A stretch of 64,000 bases of DNA, taken from an uncultured Planctomycetota bacterium. GTDB lineage: Bacteria; Planctomycetota; Planctomycetia; Isosphaerales; Isosphaeraceae. Position numbers and translations under genes: made by a program. Where the stretch lies: the NCBI GenBank assembly GCA_963823665.1, contig CAWGMQ010000006.1:1504001-1568000 (forward strand). Direction: 5' to 3'. Below, piece by piece: positions 45,763 through 56,181 of the stretch; position 1 is the first letter of the stretch; every line of letters starts with the position of its first letter. A model generated the notes under the pieces. It searched no databases. It was not told where the DNA came from and worked only from the letters and a program-made list of their open reading frames with translations.

Positions 45763-46668
45763 TCATTGCGACAACGGAATACCAGCCGGCCTATTTTCGC
45801 GAAATTGTGCCAGGGCATCCTCGATTGCCGGCTGCACGAGACCAGGCAGCAGCGCCCGCAAGCGCGTGGTGTCGAGGGACACGTCAGCGGGCCTCGGCTC
45901 GTGCAAGCGCGTGTCGCCGCGGCGGTTCGCCTGCACCAGATCCTGCGCGAGGCCGAGCGCGGCTGCGGCTCGCTGCATGAGCTCGAAGCGGCTCACGCGC
46001 TCCGGGCCGCCGGCGTGAACGATCCCGGTCGAGTCCGACTCCACAAGCCGGGCCAGGATCTCCGCGGCGGTGCCATAATCGAGCGGCGTTCGGAACTCAT
46101 CCTCGAAAAAGGCTTGCGGGCGTCCCTCGCGCAGGGCGGCGATCGCCTGGTCGAAGTACGATGGTTTCCCCTCCCCGCAGGGACCATAGAGCAGGCTGAG
46201 CCGGACGACCAGCCCTTGGGATGTTGTGAGCACGGCCGCTTCGGCGGCCAGCTTGGTCCGGCCATATTCCACGACCGGAGCGGCCCGATCGCCCTCGTGA
46301 TACCAAGATTTCGTTCCATCGAAGGCCAGATCGGTCGACGTGAAGACGAGCCGCCGGCTGTGCTTCCGCGCCCACTCGCAGAGAACTTCGGTCGAACGAA
46401 CATTGATGTTCCAGCCGAGAGCGGGCTCGAGTCGAACGTCGTCCGCACGGCTCATCGCGCCTGAGTGAATCACGGCATCCGGGCTCGCCTTCTCGATCGC
46501 CGACTGCACCGCCTTTGGATCACCCAGCTCCACTCGCTTGAGGGCTACTCCCGCTCGCTCGCCGCACGTCGAGCCGCTCCAGGCGGCGACCTCGTGGCCA
46601 TGATCGGCCAGCTTCTGGAGCAGGCGGGCGCCGAGCCGTCCGCTCGCTCCGGTTACGAGAATCTGCAT
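45763..46668 (-). CDS. SDR oxidoreductase, RmlD (dTDP-4-dehydrorhamnose reductase)-like
   Basis: ILVTGASGRLG, STDLAFDG, YGRTK, FEDEFRTP, RPADVSLD. Confidence 0.85.
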   Translation of the reverse strand: MQILVTGASGRLGARLLQKLADHGHEVAAWSGSTCGERAGVALKRVELGDPKAVQSAIEKASPDAVIHSGAMSRADDVRLEPALGWNINVRSTEVLCEWARKHSRRLVFTSTDLAFDGTKSWYHEGDRAAPVVEYGRTKLAAEAAVLTTSQGLVVRLSLLYGPCGEGKPSYFDQAIAALREGRPQAFFEDEFRTPLDYGTAAEILARLVESDSTGIVHAGGPERVSRFELMQRAAAALGLAQDLVQANRRGDTRLHEPRPADVSLDTTRLRALLPGLVQPAIEDALAQFRENRPAGIPLSQ

Positions 46669-46839
46669 GATCCTTAATTCCCTCCTGTCGCGCGCTTGTT
46701 CTTTGCAAGTCCACGCAAGACGCACACAAGCTCTGCCGATCTTAGGGCGACAGAGTCGGATTGGAAACACCTCGACATCCGAGCTCTCGCGCCCCCAGTT
46801 GCCCTGCGCAATAATGCCCACAACGAAGGACTAGCCCCG

Positions 46840-47739
46840 ATGAAGATTCGCGAGATTCCCCTGGACGACCTGGTTCTCGACCAGAACCTCAACCTGCGTG
46901 ACCGCCTCGACGATTTCACGGTCGAACGCTACGCCGATTCGTGGGAGCGTCTGCCGCCGATCACGGTTTACAATGTAGACGAGCGCCTGCTCGTTGCCGA
47001 CGGGTTCCATCGTCACGCCGCAGCGGTCATGCTCGGCAAGCGGACCATCCGCGCGGAGATCATCGACGGGACGTTCACCGACGCCCTCGACTTCGTCTCC
47101 AGCGTGAACCTTTTTCACGGCTTGCCCCTGACTCGCAGCGAGCGGCGCCGTGCCGTCGAAGTGAAGCTCAAGCTGCATCACGACTGGTCTGACCGTCGGA
47201 TGGCTGAAGAACTTGCCGTCAGCCGCGAGCTGGTCGCGAAGATTCGCCGCCAGTTGATCGAGGCCCACAAGATCCCCAATCTTCCCGGCAGGGTTGGCGC
47301 CGATGGCAAGCTGTACACTTCGGCTGGCCTTCCCAAGGATGCGGGCGAAAAGCTGCCGAAGGAGCCGCAAGTGCCCGTCGAAGAGTCGACGGAGCGCGGC
47401 AAGCGCGCCATGGGCGCGGCGGCCGCTCCGGCCCCACCCGCCAAGGGCGAAGCGCCCGCCATCGGCAAGACACCGACCCGAACTTCCGACAAGACTCCCC
47501 CGCAAATCAGTCGCGACGATCCCCGCTACATCGGCGACGAGCTTTCGGCCGAAGTCGGCGCCGTCGGCATCGACGAGATGCTGGAATTCATGGTCAACCA
47601 GATCAAGCAGTTGATCGACTGGACGCACGTGGAAGGCTTTCTCGACGCGTACAAGAGCGCGTCTGCCGGTCCCCGCGGGCTCTTCCATACGGCTGCCATC
47701 AAGCTGGCCGCGCGTGCCGATCAGCTTCGCCGGGCCTGA
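46840..47739 (+). CDS. ParB/Srx N-terminal domain protein with HTH
   Basis: LPPITV, VADGFHR, HGLPLT, WSDRRMAEELAVSRELVAKIR. Confidence 0.75.
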   Translation: MKIREIPLDDLVLDQNLNLRDRLDDFTVERYADSWERLPPITVYNVDERLLVADGFHRHAAAVMLGKRTIRAEIIDGTFTDALDFVSSVNLFHGLPLTRSERRRAVEVKLKLHHDWSDRRMAEELAVSRELVAKIRRQLIEAHKIPNLPGRVGADGKLYTSAGLPKDAGEKLPKEPQVPVEESTERGKRAMGAAAAPAPPAKGEAPAIGKTPTRTSDKTPPQISRDDPRYIGDELSAEVGAVGIDEMLEFMVNQIKQLIDWTHVEGFLDAYKSASAGPRGLFHTAAIKLAARADQLRRA

Positions 47740-47782
47740 TCGAGATTGATCGATCGGGACGGTGACAACCACTCGAAACCTG

Positions 47783-48998
47783 CTACACCAGCTCGCAGAA
47801 GACGCGGTCGGCAACGAAGACGCCTTGCGGCGTGAGTCTCACCGTCCGCCCATCGTCTTCGAGGTACCCCTGCGCCAGAAACCGCTTGATCACGCTTCCG
47901 GAGAGGAGGTCGAGGTCGTAGCCCGTTCGTAGCTTGAAATCTTCACGCTCGATGCCGGCCTTCGTGCGCCGCAGCATCAGCATGGCCGTCTCGCGCGCTC
48001 GTTCTTCGGGGCTGAGCTCTTCGTGCGGCCCTGTCGCACTCTGCCCGGCTTCCACCCGCCGCAGATAAGCGTCCAGGTCGCGGGTGCTGGTCGATCGAAC
48101 GCCGCGGAGGTATCGCGCTGCGCCACTCCGAAGCCGAAGTAGGCGTCATTCGCCCAGTAGACCAGGTTGTGCCGCGATTCCTGGCCGGGCCGTGCGAAAT
48201 TGGAGATCTCGTACATTGCCAGGCCCGCGCCTTCGAGCGTCTCGATCGTGGTCTCGTACATGAGGCGCTCGACTTCCTCGGCTAGCGGCTGCACCAGCCC
48301 GCTCTGCTTGCGCGCCCAGAGCGGCGTTCCCTTCTCGAAGACCAGCCCGTAGCACGAAAGATGCGACGGGCCGAGCGAAAGGGCCGTTTCGAGGTCGTTG
48401 CGCCACTGTTCGGTCGTCGAGCCCGGCACTCCGAAGATCAGGTCGAGCGACCAGCGCGCAAACCGCGGGCGGACGACCTCGAGCGCCCGATCAACCTCGG
48501 CACGGCCGTGCTCACGCTCGAGCACGGCCAGGAGGTCCGGCTGAAAGGACTGCGCGCCCAGGCTGATGCGGTTGACGCCGGCTTCTTCCAGCACGTCCGC
48601 CTTTTCCGCGTCGATCGTGCCGGGGTTTGCCTCGACCGTCCACTCGCCGCCGGGGGCGAGAATGAACCACTGCTTGAGGAAGCGGCACAGCGTATCCAAC
48701 TGAGATGCGGAAAGCCGCGTGGGCGTGCCGCCGCCCACGAAAATCGTGTCGACCTCCTGTGGTTTGGTGACGAAGGTCTCGACCTCGCGCTCGAGCGCCG
48801 CCAGATATCGATCGGCCTGATGGTCGACGCCGGCAAGTGAAGCGAAATCGCAGTAACCGCACTTGTGGCGCAAAACGGAATGTGGACGTAAACCGCGCGC
48901 GGCCAGCGCCACGGTGGCTCGATCACACGAACGGGCCCGGCGGCCACAGGATCACCGCGGTCGGGTTTGAGATCGGGGCGAACAAGCTCGTCGAGCAC
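47783..48998 (-). CDS. hemW: Radical SAM heme chaperone HemW; frameshifts near 48872 and 48122
   Basis: YVHIPFC-x-KCGYCDF, FVGGGTP, TVEANP, RISLGAQSF, YEISNFA, HNLVYW. Confidence 0.88.
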
Positions 48999-49023
48999 CG
49001 TTTCGACGCGCCCGGGCCGTTGT

Positions 49024-49401
49024 TCAGTATTCGTTGCCGTATCCGCCGCCCCCGCGGTAGCCGCCGCCTCCACCACCGCCACGATATCCCCCCTCGCCGC
49101 CGCCACCGCCACCGCCTCCGCCACGATATCCGCCCTCGCCGCCGCCACCCGGCGTGCGCGGCCTGGCTTCGTTGACGGTCAGCCGGCGTCCGTCGAAGTC
49201 CTGGCCGTCGAGACTCTCGATCGCCGAAAGGGCTTCGTCGTCGTGCATCATCTCGACGAACCCGAACCCTCGGCTGCGCCCGGTTTCCCGGTCCGAGAGG
49301 ACCGAGGCCGAAGTGACGACACCGTATTGTTCAAATAATTCCTGGAGCTGCGCAGACGTGACGGTGTACTTGAGGTTGCCAACATAAAGACGCTTCGACA
49401 T
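49024..49401 (-). CDS. RRM RNA-binding protein with Gly-rich tail
   Basis: RNP2 LYVGNL, RNP1 RGFGFVEM, VNEARPR, GGYRGGG repeats. Confidence 0.93.
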   Translation of the reverse strand: MSKRLYVGNLKYTVTSAQLQELFEQYGVVTSASVLSDRETGRSRGFGFVEMMHDDEALSAIESLDGQDFDGRRLTVNEARPRTPGGGGEGGYRGGGGGGGGGEGGYRGGGGGGGYRGGGGYGNEY

Positions 49402-49723
49402 CGCACTTGCCTGAGAAAGGCTCTCCACGACCTCTGCCGAAATCTACCCCAAAAAAACTATAAACACTCCGGCCCGACGCATCAACGACAAAATGCTGGT
49501 CAAAACGAAATCTTTCGGTATTCGCCCGGCGCTGCGACCAAGCACTCTGGCGCGCAATGATAGACACGATTTCCCGGCTCACGAATCCTGGAAACTGGTT
49601 TGCGTCTTCGTGCGTGGTTAGAATCGGGCCGGCGGGACTCCAAGCACGCCGGATCTGGTGACATTCGCCTGATCTCTGCCTCCTGACCAGCCTCCACGGA
49701 TTCCCACCAAGGGGTGAACACTC

Positions 49724-50950
49724 ATGTGTGGCAGTGCGCAACGGATCGCCGGTCTCGCGATCGCTCTGGCAGTCGGCACAATCGCGGCGAACGGACGCTC
49801 GCTCGCGGGTGAGTGGAGCGTCACGGTGCGCGCGGGAGACATCGACCTGGGCGAAACGCCAATCCTCGCCGAGATCCCCGGGAGCATTGCGCCGGGGATG
49901 TATGACCTTCTCGCGGGTTCCGGTGAAGTTCCGATTGCCGGACAGGTCTTTCAAGAGGGGCGAAAGAGGCTGCTCGCCTTTGTTCTACCGGCAGCCGAGG
50001 GGCCGAGGCCCGCGGCGCTCACGCTCTTGGCCCGCGCCAAGACCGAGCGCGAGCCCGGCAAGGGGCTCTCCGTCACGGCCCAGGGCAACAATCTCATCGT
50101 CAAGCTCGATGAGAAGCCGCTGACGGAGTATCGCGTCGACTCCGGAAGCAAGCCGATCTTCTTCCCGCTGATCGGGCCGACCGGCGACTCGTATACGCGT
50201 GCGTTCCCGATGCAGGCGATCCCGGGGGAAGACGATGATCACCCTCATCAGCGATCGTGCTGGTTGACACATGGAAAGGTGAACGGGATCGATTTCTGGT
50301 CCGAAGGTGGAAAAGCGGGCAAGATCGAAGAGACCTATCAGGGCTTGATCGCCAGCGGACCGGTGCTGGTTCGCCTGGTCACCCGGAATGACTGGCTCGG
50401 GCCCGACGGCAAACGAGTTTGCAGTGACGAGCGCACGGTCACCTTCCACCGCACGCGGGTATCGCGAACCATCGACTTTGAATTCACGATTCGAGCGTCC
50501 GACGGCCCCTTGACCTTCGGCGCCACGAAGGAAGGGATGTTCGGCCTCCGGGTGGCGTCGTCGATGGATGTCAAACGGAAGACCGGAGGCCGCATCACCA
50601 ATGCGGAAGGCTTGACCGACGACGCAGCCTGGGGCAAAGCCTCGCCGTGGGTCGACTACGTTGGGCCCGTCAACCAGAAGACGGTCGGCATCGCGGTGCT
50701 CAACCACCCCGGCAGTTTTCGCTATCCCACCGCCTGGCACGTGCGGACCTACGGCCTGTTTGCCGCCAATCCATTCGGCGGGCACGACTTCGGCGGGCAG
50801 ATGCCCGGAGACCACACGATTCCCAACGGCGGCACGATCTTGTTTCGATATCGCGTCATCCTGCACGAGGGCGACACCAAAACCGCGCGGATCGATCGCG
50901 CGTTTGCCGCTTACGCCACGCCGCCGGCGGTCGAGGTTGCCGAGAAATGA
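49724..50950 (+). CDS. Secreted PmoA-like/DUF6807 family protein
   Basis: Signal peptide; KPIFFPL, DHPHQRS, DFWSE, TKEGMFGLRV, WHVRTYGLFAANPFG. Confidence 0.75.
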   Translation: MCGSAQRIAGLAIALAVGTIAANGRSLAGEWSVTVRAGDIDLGETPILAEIPGSIAPGMYDLLAGSGEVPIAGQVFQEGRKRLLAFVLPAAEGPRPAALTLLARAKTEREPGKGLSVTAQGNNLIVKLDEKPLTEYRVDSGSKPIFFPLIGPTGDSYTRAFPMQAIPGEDDDHPHQRSCWLTHGKVNGIDFWSEGGKAGKIEETYQGLIASGPVLVRLVTRNDWLGPDGKRVCSDERTVTFHRTRVSRTIDFEFTIRASDGPLTFGATKEGMFGLRVASSMDVKRKTGGRITNAEGLTDDAAWGKASPWVDYVGPVNQKTVGIAVLNHPGSFRYPTAWHVRTYGLFAANPFGGHDFGGQMPGDHTIPNGGTILFRYRVILHEGDTKTARIDRAFAAYATPPAVEVAEK

Positions 50951-50954
50951 TTTC

Positions 50955-52620
50955 TCACCATTTCAGCGACAAGCGACTGTCGACGCCTTGCCCCAGTCCT
51001 TCGAGGTCCGATTTTCGCTCGTCGGGTGTCCTGGACTCGTCGAGGCACAGCCGAAGGGCGCTCGCCAGATCGCCCGCCCTGGCGCGCGCCGCGATGACCC
51101 GTTGCAGCGCGAATCGCTGATAGTTCTGGTCGTCGATCGACCGGATCGTCTTCAAGGCATCCGGAACGTGTCCGGCCATCGCCTGAATCTCGGCGAGGCT
51201 CGCGCTCGGACGCCGGCATATTCTGGCGGACGCCGGGTAATCTCGCGAGGTTCGGGTTGGGGCTGGGAGGATCCTTGACCGACAGACCGGCATCGGTCAG
51301 GGCTCGCGCGAATGTCGCCGTGGCGGCGGCGTGGTCGCCCGCCGCGGCCTGTGCCTGGGCGATGAGCGCGAGGCTTTCAGCCCTTCTGCCTGCCGTCGCC
51401 CGGCCCGAAATCTCTGACGCCGCCCGGACTGAAAGCAGCGCTCGGACCAGGTCGCCGCTGGCGACCTGGCCGCTGGCGATCTGGATATACCGGCCGTCGC
51501 GTCCCCGCATGTCCGGGTGTTCGCGCACGGAGCGAAATGCGTCGCGTAATGTTGCCCTGGCGCCGGCGGTATCGCCCGACTGAAGCTGCACGGTCGCGAT
51601 GCGGAGCAAGGCGTAAGGTTGGCCGTCTGTCATGTCGTAACCGGCGCGGGAAGGCCCTTCGCCGATCGCGATCGCCGATTGCTTCGCCGCCTCGAGATCA
51701 CCGAGGCGCGCCTGGGCGAGTGCCACATCACCGAGGCCGAAGTATGTCTGTTCGGCCGACTTCATCCTCGCGAGCCGCGTCGCGGCCTCTTGCACGAATC
51801 TTCGGGCGGCTTCTCGGTCGAGCGTCTTGGACGCAGCATCGGCGATTTTGCCAAGGACGTTTCCACCGTTCTCTCGCCCCACAGACCAACCGAACGCGGC
51901 TTCAAAGTCGCCGACGGCTGCCAGGGCTGCGGCAATCGTCGGGCGCACCCGTCACGGGCGTTGGCGATGTTGGTCGACGCGAAGAACTTCTTTGAGAACT
52001 CGAGCAGGAGCTCGACTGTCTTGTGTGCGTCTTCTCGGGCGCCGATCCCCACTTGCGTCTGCACGATTTCCGCCAGCGCGTCGACCACCGAGCGATCTTT
52101 CCCGAATTCGCCCGCGACCGCTGGCACCGCGCGGACGGCCCGCTCGAGCGTCGTGCGCGAGTCTTCCTTGAGGCCGCATTCGGCCTGCGCGTGGCCGATG
52201 CGCCAGAGGTTCCGCGGGCTAGCGTTGCCGCCGAAGCCTCCTTCGGCCTCTTTCGCAGCTTCGGCGAACGTGATGCGGGCTCCGTCCAGGTCGCCGGTTT
52301 TGGCCTGTGCAGTGGCGATTGCTGTCAAGGACCACGAGGACGGAACGGGCTTTGCCTTGACCAGCGCGACCGCCTCGCCTGATGCGCGACGGAGCAACTG
52401 GTGTAACTCTGCACGCGCGGGCAGCGCGACGAAGATGGGCGCGGACGGGCCGTTGGACGTCGGCGGATCGCGATGTTTCACGGCGGGCGCGGCGCTTTTC
52501 TGTGAGGCTGTTTGCGACGGAGCGATCGGGGTTCTCTTTCTGCGTCGCCTCAGAGGCGAGCGAAGCTGCTCCGGCAACGACCGAGCCGGCGAGCGCCAAC
52601 GCGACGACCGCGTCCGCCAT
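50955..52620 (-). CDS. Secreted helical-repeat (TPR-like) protein, several frameshifts, start uncertain
   Basis: Repeats AIATAQAKTGDLDGAR, DVALAQARLGDLEAAK, LIAQAQAAAGDHAAA spread over four frames. Confidence 0.6.
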
Positions 52621-52810
52621 CAGTTTCGTCCACCACACGGCTTGAACGCCCCTTCCGTCTGGGAGGCCACGGACGTCGAAACGGGTCCGGCTGGCGAGAA
52701 GATTGTCAAAGATACCGCGCACGATCGTGTCGAATGAAGGCCGTTTTCGGATGAGGCGGCCACGAGTCAGCCGTCCAATTGCGTTGCGAAACGTCGCGAC
52801 GTCTGCGATC

Positions 52811-52930
52811 TCAGGGATAGAGCCCCAGTAGCACCCATTGACGCCTCGCGGCGACATGGACCGGACGGTTCATCTGAAGAATGGCGACGGTAACTCGCCC
52901 CTCAGCCGTCAGTCCGATCAGGAGGCCAGA
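52811..52930 (-). pseudogene. C-terminal remnant of an HNH endonuclease
   Basis: Manual translation SGLLIGLTAEGRVTVAILQMNRPVHVAARRQWVLLGLYP*; no N-terminal CxxC/HNH core. Confidence 0.6.
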
Positions 52931-53272
52931 TGCAGTGCAGCAGTGCGCTCTCCCGCGCCGCGGATCTCGGCGTCGATGAGATGCTCCAACTCGGTCTGTT
53001 CATCGGCCGAGAGCGTCTCCCCGGCCTCGCGCAGAGCGCGATCGTGTCATGAGTTGTTCCAGTCGCTCGCATTGCTGGGAAGTGAAGAATCGATCCGGGC
53101 CCAGGTTGCGTACGATGATCAGGGTGGCGGCCTCCCGGTCGGGAAGTTGGTTCGTGAGTGCGTCGAGCGCCTCGCCGGCAGTGCGTCCCACAGCCTGATT
53201 TCGCGCCGTCACGGCCGGGAATGAAGTTCCGGTCTGTCCCGGCTGATCTCGATATATGACGACCTTGATCAT
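52918..53272 (-). CDS. Small conserved hypothetical protein (HNH-associated, antitoxin-like); frameshift near 53040
   Basis: GRTAGEALDALT, PDRFFTSQQ..RLEQLM, then EAGETLSADEQTELEHLIDAEIR. Confidence 0.6.
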
Positions 53273-53394
53273 GCACGCGCCCCAATTTCCATCCTCATCC
53301 CCTGATTGTTAGTTTACCGCGCTTTAGCTTGATCGCACAGCCTGCGCGGAAGCGGGACTGACGAAGCTGAGGCTGAGCACTCCCGAGGGAGTTT

Positions 53395-54024
53395 TCAGCC
53401 ACGTGCGTGCGGGGCCGCGTCATGCTTGGCCTTGTCGCGGCCGCCGAACTCCGCCGCGAGGAACTGACCCCACGCTTTCAAGGTGGGTGAAGTTCCGCGT
53501 TTCCGTTCCATCCCCATCTGTCCGTACGTCTGCTTCTTTCCTTCCGGCATGAAGATCGGATCCCAGTTGAATTTGTATTCGCCAAGGGCTTTCTCGGTGA
53601 CCTTGCCCCGGGTTTCGCCGCGGTGGACGCGGACGCGCAAGCCGTCGCAGTATCCGATCACCGAGAGGGCCGTTGCCTCTCGTGGCTCGCCGTCGCGCAG
53701 GAAACCGCACATCCGGTCTCCCACCGTTCTCCAGACGACCTCGCCGATACCGCCGAGCAAGCCGGGCGTGCGACCATCGCTCGAGCGCCAGGCGTCCAGG
53801 AGCAGACCGCCATGCTCCACCACGCACGGTCGCCTGACTTCCTTGTACGCCTCGAGAGCCTTGTGCCGCACAATGACTTCGATGTCGGGAAGCAAGAGAT
53901 CCTGGAGCACCCGCTTGATGGGGCAGATCTCGACTCCAAAGCGAGACTGGACGTCGTTCCGCTCGACGTAGTCGGCGACCTCGCTGATCTTGTACTGGTT
54001 GGCGGTTACGAAGTAGACCTTCAA
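53395..54024 (-). CDS. HAM1/ITPase-fold protein with degenerate active site (KomB-like)
   Basis: FVTANQYK, HKALEAY, PCVVEHGGL, GETRGKV, FNWDPIF, TYGQM, K-RGT-SPT; TTG start overlaps the SIR2 stop. Confidence 0.85.
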   Translation of the reverse strand: MKVYFVTANQYKISEVADYVERNDVQSRFGVEICPIKRVLQDLLLPDIEVIVRHKALEAYKEVRRPCVVEHGGLLLDAWRSSDGRTPGLLGGIGEVVWRTVGDRMCGFLRDGEPREATALSVIGYCDGLRVRVHRGETRGKVTEKALGEYKFNWDPIFMPEGKKQTYGQMGMERKRGTSPTLKAWGQFLAAEFGGRDKAKHDAAPHARG

Positions 54025-54830
54025 AGGAGTGACTCCAGAAACTCGCCGACGCTCTTGACGGGGTCGACCGGGTCCAATTCCAAAATGGAAACATCCCAGC
54101 GCGCCAGGAGCAGCCGCTGAATCTCACCGGTGCCGAAGGTTGTCAGGTAGGCACTCGGATAACGCTTCCCGTCGCGCCGTAACTGGAGCCTCAGTTTGTG
54201 CAATTTGTATAGCATATACCTTATGTTGATATCGCTCAAACTATAGCCGATGAAGAGAAGCGTCTTGCCGAGGATGTCGGCCCGCAGCTTGATGTCGATC
54301 GCGGATTCGAACTCGAGACGCTCGAAGAAACTCGATTCGGTGAGCACGAGGGTTGCATCGTCATCGAAGCTGCCGTGGAACTTCACCACGTGGGTTGCGT
54401 CGGGAGCCGACGCGGCGATGTCGTCGATGTTGGCGATCGTATGGCACCCGACGCCTTTCAGCTCGAATGCTCTCTCGATGATACGATCATAATTCGTTGT
54501 GTAGATGAGAGGCAATCCCATTTCAACCAGCGCGCCGTGCGCTCGAGATTTCTCGATCAGCTCGTTCGCCGGGTTGAACCGTCGGTCGAGCTCGCTGCGC
54601 AGCGGGCCGATTCCGCCCTTCTTGGCTACGTAATACTCGGCGAGCTGGCGCTCGTCGCCGTTCAGTTTGAAGACCTCAGGGTCATACCCGAGTTGATTGG
54701 CGATGATGCCGATCAGACTGGACCACGACGGCAGGCCCAGCGGCATCGACAGACCCGCGCCGATGAAGGGAATGAGTCGACGCTCTTCTCGAAGTCTGCG
54801 AAGCGTTTCTGACTCATCACCGAGTGACAC
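54021..54830 (-). CDS. Stand-alone SIR2-like NADase (KomC-like)
   Basis: PFIGAGLS..LPSW, IYTTNYD, VKFHGS, LLFIGYSLSDINI. Confidence 0.9.
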   Translation of the reverse strand: MSLGDESETLRRLREERRLIPFIGAGLSMPLGLPSWSSLIGIIANQLGYDPEVFKLNGDERQLAEYYVAKKGGIGPLRSELDRRFNPANELIEKSRAHGALVEMGLPLIYTTNYDRIIERAFELKGVGCHTIANIDDIAASAPDATHVVKFHGSFDDDATLVLTESSFFERLEFESAIDIKLRADILGKTLLFIGYSLSDINIRYMLYKLHKLRLQLRRDGKRYPSAYLTTFGTGEIQRLLLARWDVSILELDPVDPVKSVGEFLESLL

Positions 54831-55245
54831 TGCACGGTTTCCGCTGGAGGTAAAAACACAATTGCCCGTGTCGCCTCTCGCGAAGCGAGAGATGGCACGG
54901 GCAAAATCACGCCTCCGCCGGAATGCCGTTGAAGTGCTTTTGAGAACCCGCAGTTCAAGTGGGGAGTTGAGGGATGCTAAGAACGAAGTTCCTGGATGCC
55001 GCTCGAGGTCCCCGTCGGGTTAAATGTTGGTTCGCCAAAAGGACCACTTCTTATCGAACATGGCAGAGGCAGTGCCTGGTTAAACCAGACGGTGCTAATC
55101 TAACCGCAGCGCACGCGGTTGGCAATATGCCACCCGAAACGGTGCCAAAAATCACCGGAGCAGGCGCTGCATTGCGCACGATCGCAGAGCAGGAGGTTGG
55201 TCCTCCCGGGAGATTGCGAGAATACACCGCCGCCGGAGCTGCGCT

Positions 55246-56002
55246 TCACTCTGTGACATCACCGCGGAGCCGGCGGATCTGATCACGCAGCCGAGCGGCT
55301 TCTTCGTAGTCTTCGCGAACGACAGAGAGCTCGAGCTGCTGTTCCAGGCGTTCCAGCGGCTCCATCGGGCGTTCGCGCTTCACTTCGCGGCGCCAGTTGA
55401 TGAGCGACTTGAGCTCCGGCACATTCCTGCTCGCGATCCTCTTGCTTGTATTCGCGGAGAAACTTGCGAATCGCCTTGATGCCTGCGTCGATCAGCGCCA
55501 GCGCGGTCGGGTGATCGCTTTCCTTGAGTGCGATCGACGCTTTCGCCCGCGTGTACATCATCTGAACATAGGGGCGATACCTGTCAAATTCGATCTTGTC
55601 ACGCTGTCGCGCGGCGTACCGGCCCACAAACGCGAAGAGCCGGAGGTTGCGTAGCGTGTCGAGAGCCACGATTTCATATCGCTCAAGATGGAACGCGGAA
55701 AGATAGCGATGATAATACTGCAATCCCTCACGCATGAGCTGCGAGCAAACTTCGGGGCCGAGGGAGAAGGCGGAGCCGCGTTCGGCGGCTTCCTGGGCTT
55801 TGGCCTCATAAAAGTCGAGGAGCGATTCGTGTCCTTCGGGGCGTTCGCCGTCGGGGCGGCCGGTCGTCTCGAGCTGGATCAGGCCCAGGTCGATGCGCAT
55901 CTGGATTTTCTCGCGGCCGTCTTCTCCGGTGATGAAGCGGACCTGGAGCTGGTCCGGCTCGAACTCCCAGCCGTCGAGTAGGTGTTGTATGTCCTGGCTC
56001 AA
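55246..56002 (-). CDS. UvrB/UvrC-motif-containing protein; frameshift near 55420
   Basis: IQMRIDLGLIQLE..GRPDG; C-terminal LEQQLELSVVREDYEEAARLRDQI. Confidence 0.75.
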
Positions 56003-56181
56003 GCGAACGATCTCCCCTGGGGCTCACCGCGAGCTGATGAAGAGCTGCGCGGCGCGGGCCGTGAGCGAGTAGTCCCTTAACTATTGTATGCACCGGAGAG
56101 CGTGCTGCGCGGCCCGAAAAGAAAATTCCGAGCACGGGTGTGCTCGGAAGAAGGGCTTCGTCCTGGAATGAGAGCGGGAGC

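Noticed and set aside
49040..49150. GCC-rich tandem repeats
   Set aside because: They simply encode the Gly-rich tail of the RRM protein.
49724..50950. Methane monooxygenase suggested by the PmoA-like family label
   Set aside because: It is a soluble secreted DUF6807-type protein with no pmoB/pmoC neighbours.
54831..55245. Possible komA/deaminase gene upstream of SIR2
   Set aside because: Only about 415 bp, with no suitable minus-strand ORF or deaminase motif seen.
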